Assembly (NCBI GenBank): GCA_040758375.1
Contig: JBFLWE010000020.1
Location: 1,202 to 65,201 of the forward strand
DNA: 64,000 bases
DNA from: Pseudomonadota bacterium
GTDB taxonomy: Bacteria > Pseudomonadota > Gammaproteobacteria > Burkholderiales > Burkholderiaceae_C
Direction of reading: 5' to 3'
Shown: in pieces, positions 19,963-27,776 of the stretch
Layout: each line of letters opens with the position of its first letter
How positions within the stretch are numbered: position 1 is the first letter of the stretch
Translations under genes and position numbers: made by a program
The notes under the pieces: model-generated
The model's input: the letters and a program-made list of their open reading frames with translations, nothing else
What the model was told of the DNA's origin: nothing
Databases searched by the model: none

Positions 19963-21030
19963 GCCTGTTCCAGGGCCTGCAGCTGGGCCTGGGCCAGCGG
20001 TTGCCGGTGTTGTTGCAGACCGAAGCCACCGAATGCGGCCTCGCCTCGGTGGCGATGATCGCCATCTACCACGGCTACCGCACCGACCTGCCCACGCTGC
20101 GGTTGCGCTTTGCGATCTCGCGCAAGGGCGCCACCTTCGAAAGCCTGATCCGCATTGCCCGCGCACTCAAGCTCGAAAGCCGTCCGCTGAAGCTGGACGT
20201 CGAGAGCCTGCACCACCTGCAGCTTCCGTGCGTGCTGCACTGGGTTCGGGCTCGAACGGGTGCTCATCGTCTGGCTGGCGGCCCACGCCGTGCTGGACAA
20301 GAGCTTCACCGCCGGCATGCTGTTCGCGTTCGTGGCGTACCGGGAGCAGTTTTCCACCCGCATTGCGGGCCTGATCGACAAGGCCACCGAGCTGGCCATG
20401 CTGCGGCTGCATGGCGAGCGCGTGGCCGACATCGTGATGCACGAGCGCGAGGCCGAGACGCCGCATGAACACGATGAGGTGGATCTGCAGCGCGTGCCGC
20501 CGTCGATCGAGCTGCGCGACGTGTCGTTCCGCTACCCGCCCACCGAGCCTTTTGTCTTCGAAAACGTCAGCCTGAAAATCGCCGCCGGCGAATGCGTGGC
20601 GATCACCGACGCTTCGGGTGGCGGCAAGACCACCTTGGTCAAGGTGATGCTGGGCCTGCTGAAGCCCTCACAGGGCGAGATCCTGGTCGGCGGCACCCCG
20701 GTGCAGCGCCTCGGGCTGACCACCTACCGCCAGATGATCGGCACGGTGATGCAAAGTGACCGGCTGTTCAGCGGCTCGCTGGCCGACAACACCTGCTTCT
20801 TCGACCCGATGCCCGACATGGAGCGCATTGAAGCCTGCGCCCGGCTGGCCTCGATCGACAAAGAGATCCTGGACATGCTCAACGAGCGCAACGTGAATGA
20901 TGCGGTAAAGGCCATGCAGCTCACCCGCGTGCTCGTGGCGCACCGGCCCGAAACGATCGCCATGGCCGACCGGGTGTTGGTGATGGAGCGGGGGCGCCTG
21001 GTGCCGCAGGCGGCGGGTGCCATGTCTTGA
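19959..21030 (+). pseudogene. C39-peptidase-domain ABC exporter (CvaB/ComA-like) remnant with two internal deletions
   Basis: The ATG at 19959 overlaps the adaptor stop. The C39 domain is intact through QTEATECGLASVAMI...LPCVLHW. Near 20241 the reading frame jumps to the last TM helix (GFGLERVLIVWLAAHAV). The NBD has ITDASGGGKTT (first Walker A Gly replaced by Asp), a Q-loop and an H-loop (VLVAHRPETI), but no LSGGQ signature and no Walker B (junction near 20871-20885). The total is about 357 codons, where I recall about 700 for the family. Confidence 0.75.
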
Positions 21031-21044
21031 GCACGAACCGAATG

Positions 21045-21067
21045 AGGGGCGCTGCCAATCCGCCCCT
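21045..21067 (+). terminator. hairpin after the ABC remnant
   Basis: AGGGGCG-ctgccaatc-CGCCCCT (7-bp stem) followed by ttgtctgt. Confidence 0.3.
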
Positions 21068-21107
21068 TGTCTGTGACACCTGATTGGCAGTTGACAGGAG
21101 GAATGCT

Positions 21108-21305
21108 GTGAATTCAGAAGACAAGCAAGTCCCGCCCTCGGCGCCCGCGCAGCCGGAGCGGCTGAGCGAGGAGCAGTGGCGTCAGGTGGCCGGTGGGCCG
21201 ATGCCGAGCCCAGGAACAGCCCGCGGTGCCCGCACTGCTGAGCGCCTCAGCGAAGAGCAACTGCGCCAAGTGGCCGGCGGGCCAGTGGTATCCCCAATAC
21301 TGTAG
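21108..21305 (+). CDS. double-glycine-leader peptide precursor with two tandem leader-core units
   Basis: AGGAGG (21096-21101) lies 6 nt before the in-frame GTG at 21108. Product: VNSEDKQVPPSAPAQPERLSEEQWRQVAGG-PMPSPGTARGARTA-ERLSEEQLRQVAGG-PVVSPIL. Both LSEEQxRQVAGG units fit the LSxxELxxIxGG leader consensus. The two 45-nt copies (21156-21200, 21240-21284) differ at 10 nt in 9 of 15 codons. Eight of those codons change only at a synonymous third position, and the ninth is the W/L codon (tgg/ctg). Confidence 0.6.
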   Translation: MNSEDKQVPPSAPAQPERLSEEQWRQVAGGPMPSPGTARGARTAERLSEEQLRQVAGGPVVSPIL

Positions 21306-21321
21306 TTCCGCCACCTGAGCC

Positions 21322-21346
21322 GTCGGGGGAGCACAGTTCCCCCGAC
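21322..21346. terminator. perfect 9-bp hairpin between the convergent peptide gene and TPR regulator gene
   Basis: GTCGGGGGA-gcacagt-TCCCCCGAC, 17 nt after the peptide stop and 27 nt before the regulator stop. No T-tract on either side. Confidence 0.4.
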
Positions 21347-21372
21347 TCCAACCGATCGCCCCAAGAGGGCGG

Positions 21373-23688
21373 CTATTCAGTGGGCAATAGGTAACGCGTT
21401 GCCGGGCCCTTGCCCACCTGCACCAGCAGGCCCCGCTCGGCCAGCAGCCCAAGGTGCTTGGACGCAGTGGCCAGGCCCACCGAGCACAACTCGGCATAGA
21501 TGCTCTTGCTGATCGGCTCGCCGCGCACCAGACGGTCGAGCAAGGCGGCACGGCGTTCGTCCGGCAGCAGGTCGGATGTCGCTTGCCGCCAGTGCGCCGT
21601 CACGCGCTGCTCGCGCGTGAGTTCGCGGTTGAAGACCGCCCGCAGTCCGTCGAACTCGTCCGCGAAGGCATCGCCTAGTTGGTGCTTGTGAATGAGCGCA
21701 AGTGCCGCCTCGCGCTCCTTGGTCGAGATCGTCAGGTAGGACCGCGCAATCGCGATATGCGCCTTCACGTGCACCTGCGGCTCCAAGGGCAACGCCAACA
21801 CCGCGCGTTGCCGCTGCACCTCGGCCATCTCGTGGAAGTGCACCGCAAACTCCTGTGGCAGCAGGCGATCGTAGGAGTCGTTATCGCGCGGTCCAAGGAT
21901 CTCTCGCTTAAGTCCGCGAGTTGCCTCGATCGCCCCCGCGTCCGCGTCCTGCGGCCAGAGGGCAAGAGCGGCTGCAGCATGGGCATCGCCCCGCTGCTCG
22001 TCCTCGGGCCGCTCCAGCGCCTGGAAGCGCTTGTAGTAGGCCTCTGCAAGGTTGTAATGCGCGCGTCCCATCAGTAGCCGCAGCTTGGCCGCGGCACTGC
22101 GTTCGAGTGCGGAACGGTAGTGCTCGATCGCCTGGTCGTATCGGCCTTGCCAGAAGTAGGTGGCACCCAGGTTCATGTGGGTAGCCGCTAGGGTTTCGGG
22201 CTCGATCGCGACCTGGCCCTCCAGCGCCAGCACGCGCTGCGAGTATTCAATCGCGCGGGCAAAGTCCTTTGCGTCCCCGTACAGCAGACTTAGGTTGCTG
22301 TAGGTCTTGAGCACCGACTGCTGGTCGCCCATACGCTCGTAGAGATTGAGCGCGCGGTGCTTGTGCTCCAGCGCCGCGCGCAAGTCCCCCGCGCGCCGCC
22401 AGTACTCGCCCCAGGCCTGCTCCAGCAACGCCTGAACCTCTGAAGGCAGCGCGCGCATCGCACGCAAGTCTTCCGCCTGATCGAGTACCGGCTTTGCGCG
22501 CGGGTCATTGCGGAGCACGTAGATCCAGGCCAGCTTCACCAGCGTGTTCACGTATTCCGCCAGCAGCGGCGCATCCGCCTCGGCAGGGTTGTCCTGCAGA
22601 CCCGCCCGCCGCAGAAACTCGGCGCTGTCTTGGTAGCAGGAGAACGCGCGGTCCGGGTCGCGCGGCTCATGGAACTTGCCCAGAGCGCCGTACACGATGC
22701 CCAGGCGCAACGGATCATCGCCAGCAAGTCGTAGCGTCCGTTCATACGCCTGCTGTTCCCGGTCGTCGTCGCCGCGCACATGCCACAGCGCTGCCACCGC
22801 CAGCGCAAGCCGAAACTGCTGCATCTGCACCATCGGCTGGCCCTGCAACGCTTCCAGCAGGGTGTCCGTGGCAACGTCGTTCGCCAGTTCGATGCGTCGT
22901 CGTTCAAGCGTAGCCAGGATCTGGTCGATGTCTCCCGCGGCCAGCAGGTGCCAAACTGCTGCGGCTGGTTCGCGCGCCAAGAGGGCGCGCGTGGCCTGCA
23001 ATCGGTGCCACTCGGCGCGCTGCTCTGGCTGCTCCAGGCCAAGACGCTCGTACACCGACTGCTGCACGAGGCGCCACAGCCCGAGCTGGCCACGCCCGTC
23101 CGACGGCGGCTGCAGCAGCACCTCAGCCATCAGCCGTTTGCCCTTGTCGAGGTAACGGTAGAAGGTGCTAGGCCCTACTGACCACAACCCGCACAGGTGA
23201 TCGGACGCCGATTCGTCGGCCCGCGCCCTGTAGCGGTCGCGGAAATCGGGCACCGCAGCAAAGCCATACTGGCACATCACGGCCAGCATCGGACGCCAGC
23301 TGGTGCGCTCGATCCAGCACTCGCGCGGAATGTCCTGCAGGCTGGCCTGCCCATCCGGTCTCAGCCGGGTCACGGCCCACCGAAGCAGCAGTTCCCAAGG
23401 CGCGGCCACGCCGGTCCGATCGAGCGCGTCACCTGCAGCCAGCCTAATGGGCCGCAAGAGTTGCTGCTCGAACCTGCGCGTCAGGCGCGGCCGACGGCGC
23501 AGCAATTCGGCCAGCGTGCCCGCCTTGTATGCGTTGAGTGCCGCGCCAAGCACCGCTTCGACGACCGCCGGCGCAAGCGCGTGTCCACACGCTAGCTTGG
23601 TTTCACCCTGCGACTTAGGGGGTGTGGTGACGTCGCTCTTCAACCATCGTCTCCCGATCGTCTGCGGCGTGGTCCACAGGGGACGCAA
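21373..23688 (-). CDS. large TPR-repeat regulator with C-terminal winged-HTH
   Basis: 771-aa ORF. The central region has repeated TPR-like units (e.g. GDAKDFARAIEYSQRVLAL, WQGRYDQAIEHYRSALE, AHYNLAEAYYKRFQAL). C-terminus: SIYAELCSVGLATASKHLGLLAERGLLVQVGKGPATRYLL (ArsR/MarR-like wHTH). There is an N-terminal HTH-like stretch GPSTFYRYLDKGKRL. The start is uncertain: TTG at 23688, or TTG at 23643 preceded by GGAGA. Confidence 0.65.
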   Translation of the reverse strand: MRPLWTTPQTIGRRWLKSDVTTPPKSQGETKLACGHALAPAVVEAVLGAALNAYKAGTLAELLRRRPRLTRRFEQQLLRPIRLAAGDALDRTGVAAPWELLLRWAVTRLRPDGQASLQDIPRECWIERTSWRPMLAVMCQYGFAAVPDFRDRYRARADESASDHLCGLWSVGPSTFYRYLDKGKRLMAEVLLQPPSDGRGQLGLWRLVQQSVYERLGLEQPEQRAEWHRLQATRALLAREPAAAVWHLLAAGDIDQILATLERRRIELANDVATDTLLEALQGQPMVQMQQFRLALAVAALWHVRGDDDREQQAYERTLRLAGDDPLRLGIVYGALGKFHEPRDPDRAFSCYQDSAEFLRRAGLQDNPAEADAPLLAEYVNTLVKLAWIYVLRNDPRAKPVLDQAEDLRAMRALPSEVQALLEQAWGEYWRRAGDLRAALEHKHRALNLYERMGDQQSVLKTYSNLSLLYGDAKDFARAIEYSQRVLALEGQVAIEPETLAATHMNLGATYFWQGRYDQAIEHYRSALERSAAAKLRLLMGRAHYNLAEAYYKRFQALERPEDEQRGDAHAAAALALWPQDADAGAIEATRGLKREILGPRDNDSYDRLLPQEFAVHFHEMAEVQRQRAVLALPLEPQVHVKAHIAIARSYLTISTKEREAALALIHKHQLGDAFADEFDGLRAVFNRELTREQRVTAHWRQATSDLLPDERRAALLDRLVRGEPISKSIYAELCSVGLATASKHLGLLAERGLLVQVGKGPATRYLLPTE

Positions 23689-23804
23689 ATGGCGCCTATG
23701 AATGCGACACCGAAAAGCTTAGTGTATGAGGCGTCGTCGGCGCACTCCCCGTCGAGGCACGCCGCCGTAACACTCATTTGCATCGTCCTACTAAGGAGAC
23801 CTCC

Positions 23805-25358
23805 GTGCCGTTCCCCACCATCCTTCCCAGTGATACGCGTACCGCGCCGACAGACGCCGTGACACTGGCGGTGTACGCACCCTTCGGCACCGACGAGGTG
23901 CTCAGCTCCTATCCTGACGGCAGCTCGCGCGAGCTTGCGCAGCATCCGCTGTTCAAGAGCCTGCTGCAGGTCTGCGAGTGTGGCGTCCACGTGAGTGCGT
24001 TGATCGACCTGGCCGGTGACGACACCTACCTGGTTGACCTTCCCGCCGGCCAACCCGCGGCGGTGAAGGTCATCTCGCGCTGGAAGCAGGACATGTCAGC
24101 CCCAGCCACGCTGGCCGGCTTCCTGCGCCACGCGCAGGCGACTTGGCCCTCGTCCGCGCTCGTGCTGGCGCTCGAAGGCCACGGTGCTGGCTTCCTCCCT
24201 GATATCGACCGCCGCCAGCTGAGCACGCAAAACGTCACCGCGGGCGGCACGATCGAATGGCGTATGTCCGGAGACCATGCCTCCCCCGTGCTGCCGATGG
24301 GCTCGCCGCTCCTGCCCATGGGCTCGCCGTTGTTGCCAATGGGCTCACCGCTGCTGCCAGCGAACCACATGCCGATATCCACTGCCGGCCTGGGCATTGC
24401 CTTGAAGGACGCCATCGCCCACGGAGCGCCGAAGATCGCGGCACTTCACTTCAACAACTGCTTCAACATGTCGGTCGAGGTGCTGCACACGGTGGCCCCG
24501 TATGCCGAGTACGCCACCGGCTACATGAACTACAACTTCTTCACCGCGGGAGCAACCTATCCCGCGGTGTTCGCCCGCCTGCAGCGAGCGGGCAGCGCGA
24601 GTGCCGAACAACTGGCCTGCTGGTTCGCCGACGAGAACCGCGCCGCGCTGGCACAGAAGAAGCACCACCCCACCGTCGGGGGGGTGATCCGCCTGTCCCG
24701 CATGCACGAGATCGCCGAACGCATCGACGACCTGGCTGACGCCTTGCTGTCCGCACTGCGCACGGCCTCTGCGGGCGCGCGGCCTGCCGTCGTCAGCAAG
24801 GTCCGCCACGCCATCCTGAAGGCACAGCAGTACGACACCGACGCACCGATGGAGCTGGAATCCCCGGATCAGCTTACCGACGTCTACAGCCTGGCCGCCG
24901 CATTGACGCAGTTCGACTTCGGCCCGCACAAGGTGCATTCGGCTGCACTGGCGCTGCAGAAGGCACTGCAAGGCGTCAAGGCCTATGGCGAGAACGACCA
25001 CCCCTGGGTCGCCTTCGACCAGCGCTGGAACTTCAGCGCGCCCACATTGGCAATGAACATCTTCCTGCCCGATCCTCTGCTGAGCGGGCTGTGGGACTGG
25101 CGCTCGCCCTATTACCTGAATGTGAACCCCGACCCGACGCTACCCCAGGTGCAACCCCGCATCATTGAATTCCTGAAGGTTACTGACTGGGTGGACTTCA
25201 TCATCGAGTACCACAAGGAAGCCCGCTTCATCGGGCTTCTGCCAGCCGCCATACCCGCGTTCCCGGTGTTCAACGCCGGCTTCGAACCACCCCGCAAGTC
25301 AGACGACCCCTGCCACGACGGAGGTTCCAAGGAGGGAGGCAAGGGCACCGCCCGCTGA
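23805..25358 (+). CDS. clostripain-like cysteine peptidase (family C11, clan CD)
   Basis: AAGGAG (23793-23798) lies 6 nt before the in-frame GTG at 23805. Putative catalytic dyad: His in LVLALEGHGAGF and Cys in IAALHFNNCFNM. This matches the C11 His-Gly ... Ala/Asn-Cys pattern as I recall it, with no HMM run. No signal peptide. Confidence 0.55.
   Translation: MPFPTILPSDTRTAPTDAVTLAVYAPFGTDEVLSSYPDGSSRELAQHPLFKSLLQVCECGVHVSALIDLAGDDTYLVDLPAGQPAAVKVISRWKQDMSAPATLAGFLRHAQATWPSSALVLALEGHGAGFLPDIDRRQLSTQNVTAGGTIEWRMSGDHASPVLPMGSPLLPMGSPLLPMGSPLLPANHMPISTAGLGIALKDAIAHGAPKIAALHFNNCFNMSVEVLHTVAPYAEYATGYMNYNFFTAGATYPAVFARLQRAGSASAEQLACWFADENRAALAQKKHHPTVGGVIRLSRMHEIAERIDDLADALLSALRTASAGARPAVVSKVRHAILKAQQYDTDAPMELESPDQLTDVYSLAAALTQFDFGPHKVHSAALALQKALQGVKAYGENDHPWVAFDQRWNFSAPTLAMNIFLPDPLLSGLWDWRSPYYLNVNPDPTLPQVQPRIIEFLKVTDWVDFIIEYHKEARFIGLLPAAIPAFPVFNAGFEPPRKSDDPCHDGGSKEGGKGTAR
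24294..24356 (+). repeat. 3 x 21-bp in-frame tandem repeat encoding PMGSPLL x3 inside the C11 protease
   Basis: ccgatgggctcgccgctcctg / cccatgggctcgccgttgttg / ccaatgggctcaccgctgctg. Every difference between copies is synonymous. The repeat lies between the putative catalytic His and Cys. Confidence 0.9.
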
Positions 25359-25568
25359 AAAGCCCGACTGGCCCGGCGACGCCCTTCCCACGCAACCCCT
25401 GCTGCGGCCGCAAGGCCCGGCAGGGGTTGTTCTTTATCGTCTCGCCATCGTCCTCCGGCACCGCCCGCACCGCCTTGCATCGCGCGTGGAGATGGGAACG
25501 CGCCAGCGCTGCAATGGCCTCCGACACGCCGCTTTCGGCTGCCACCCACACCACGGAGGACATTTCCC

Positions 25569-27761
25569 ATGGCCATCACGATGCAAGGCGCCTGGACCAT
25601 CCGGGTCAGCGCCAAGAACGCTTCCTTCGCACAGCGCTTCGTCGTCACCGGCGCCGACAGCGGCAACGGCACCTACACCGGCACGGTGGGCACCAGCGTG
25701 TTCGTCTCGGGCGCGCAGTGGTCGCTGAACATCCAGCACCAGCCCACGGGGCAGCCCTGGCGCGACTCGGCCCAGCGCATCGGCTTTCCCGGCGTGGCCG
25801 GCGGCCTGCTGCGCTTCGAGATCCGCTCCAACGACGCCGGCGCCGACACCGACTACGACGACCTGGTGCTCAGCTGCTCGCTGCCCGCCAGTGCGTCCGA
25901 CTACGTGCTGTACGGCACGGTGAAAACCTACGCCGGCCTGTGCCTGTTCAACCCCTGCCGCGACGACTACGTGGTGCTCGACCCGCCGTACCACCTGCAG
26001 CGGCTGTGCGAGCGCTTCCCGCAGCTGTGCGACGTGCTCGCCAAGCTGTACCCCGAGCGCCTGCGCGTCCCGCCCATCCCGCTGCCCGATCCGCCGCCGG
26101 AGCTCACGCCCATCGTCATCCCCACCGGGCTGCCGGTGGTGTCCAACGGGCTGGTGTTCCAGTCGCGCATGGCGCGCGCGCCGCAAGCCGGCGCCAAGCT
26201 CGCCGACGACCAGCGCGAGGCCGAGGCCGTGGCGGCGCTGGGGCTGAACGTGCGGCGCACCGCCTTCCGCTCCAGCGCCATGGCCGCCGGCCTGGACAAG
26301 CTCTCGCGCCTGGACCTGGAGGCCATTGCCGGCATCCGCGACATCGGCATCCGCTTCCGCTGCAACGTCGAGCGCGCGCCCGGGCTGCTGCTGCGCTTCC
26401 AGGAATACGACCGCACCGCCGCCGAGAAGCTCGGCGGCCCCTACAGCGGCGCCGGCGCGCGGCAAGACCTGGGGCTGGCGGTCACCGACGAGCTGGGCAA
26501 CTACATCTTCCGCTTCAGCCCCTCGCTGGCCGACATCGCCGAAGAGACCGCCGACGTGGCCGCGGGCGAGAGCCTGGCCGCGCAGCTGCGCCCCGACGTG
26601 ATCGTGCAGGTGGTGGGCACGGGGCTGACCGCCACCTACGAGACCGCGCCCTACAACAACGTGGCCAACCTGCAGCGCATCGACCTGTGCGTGCCCTACG
26701 ACAAGGCCCACCCCAGCCGCGCCTGCGCAGGCGACCGCGTGATCCAGCGCGTGGGCGACATCGTGCTGCTGCACTCGGCCATCGACGGCACGCCCAACCA
26801 GCTCGATGCCGAAGGCCGCATCACCTGCCGCAACGCCAACGCGCCGCAGGTCGATTGCGCCGGCTGGCGCGGTGCGCTGCGCCTGTATGCCTGCTTCGGC
26901 CGGCCGGAGGCGGTGCGCTATGCCGTCTTCCACAAGCGCCCCAGCGAGACGACGTGGCACGCGGTCAACGAACCGCATGCGCTGAACTGGATCCCCAACC
27001 TCGTGGCCGGCGGCACCTCGGTGGGGCCGAGCGACCAGATGGTCACGCCCAGCGTGCCGCTGGCCGGCGGCCCGGGCCAGCCGGTGCCCACCTATGCCAA
27101 CCATGAAGGCGACCTCAACTGGATCGAAAACGACCTCAAGCTGATCCTGCACACGGCCCTGTACCGCCCCTGGGACGAGCCGGGGCCCGTGCAGTTCCAC
27201 ATCGAGGCCTACGACAGCGCCGGCAACGCGATCGCGGCCACGGCCGACACGGTCACGCTGTACATCCACAACCGCACCGCCATCGCCGGCCGGCCGCAGA
27301 AGGGCGACATCGAGTCCATCACGATGGGCAGCACCACGCTGGGCGACTGCGGCCTGTTCGTGCTGAGCGCGCCCGATGCGCCGCTCACCGTGAAGCACCG
27401 CGCGGTCGACCCCGAAGGCTTCCTGCACAGCTGGTCCTTGAGCGTCACGCGCGGCAACCACCATCCGGTGTCAACCGTGGTGGTCGGCGGCGTCACGCCC
27501 AAGGCCTTCAACGCCGCCGCCACGCCCTGCGACTTCACCGGCACGCGCGACGAGCCCACGGCCGACGTGAACGACTACGTGCTCACCGAGCTGAAGCCCA
27601 ACCCCCTGAGCGCCGACGGCCCCCACTGGCTGCCGGCGGGCCACAACTTCTGCGCCTTCGCCTTCACCCTGAGCGCCAGCGACCGCGTCACCGACGGCCG
27701 CACGGCCTATCCGCAGGTCGTGTTCTGGCAAGACCTCATCGGGTTGAGCACCGGTGCCTGA
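25569..27761 (+). CDS. hypothetical protein, 730 aa, no family recognised
   Basis: GGAGGA (25555-25560) lies 8 nt before the ATG. Codon usage is typical of the genome's genes (GC-rich third positions). Composition looks beta-rich. No signal peptide and no TM segment. Confidence 0.6.
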   Translation: MAITMQGAWTIRVSAKNASFAQRFVVTGADSGNGTYTGTVGTSVFVSGAQWSLNIQHQPTGQPWRDSAQRIGFPGVAGGLLRFEIRSNDAGADTDYDDLVLSCSLPASASDYVLYGTVKTYAGLCLFNPCRDDYVVLDPPYHLQRLCERFPQLCDVLAKLYPERLRVPPIPLPDPPPELTPIVIPTGLPVVSNGLVFQSRMARAPQAGAKLADDQREAEAVAALGLNVRRTAFRSSAMAAGLDKLSRLDLEAIAGIRDIGIRFRCNVERAPGLLLRFQEYDRTAAEKLGGPYSGAGARQDLGLAVTDELGNYIFRFSPSLADIAEETADVAAGESLAAQLRPDVIVQVVGTGLTATYETAPYNNVANLQRIDLCVPYDKAHPSRACAGDRVIQRVGDIVLLHSAIDGTPNQLDAEGRITCRNANAPQVDCAGWRGALRLYACFGRPEAVRYAVFHKRPSETTWHAVNEPHALNWIPNLVAGGTSVGPSDQMVTPSVPLAGGPGQPVPTYANHEGDLNWIENDLKLILHTALYRPWDEPGPVQFHIEAYDSAGNAIAATADTVTLYIHNRTAIAGRPQKGDIESITMGSTTLGDCGLFVLSAPDAPLTVKHRAVDPEGFLHSWSLSVTRGNHHPVSTVVVGGVTPKAFNAAATPCDFTGTRDEPTADVNDYVLTELKPNPLSADGPHWLPAGHNFCAFAFTLSASDRVTDGRTAYPQVVFWQDLIGLSTGA

Positions 27762-27776
27762 CGAAAGGAGCCGCTC

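Noticed and set aside
21091-21096. A consensus -35 hexamer TTGACA just upstream of the GG-peptide gene, considered as its promoter.
   Set aside because: It lies only 12 nt from the start codon and overlaps the SD site, so it cannot serve as the -35 for this gene. It is probably coincidental.
21114-21551. A 145-aa minus-strand ORF overlapping the GG-peptide gene and the end of the TPR regulator.
   Set aside because: It has no SD site and an Arg/Ala/Trp/Cys-rich composition. It crosses the inter-gene hairpin and overlaps two better-supported genes.
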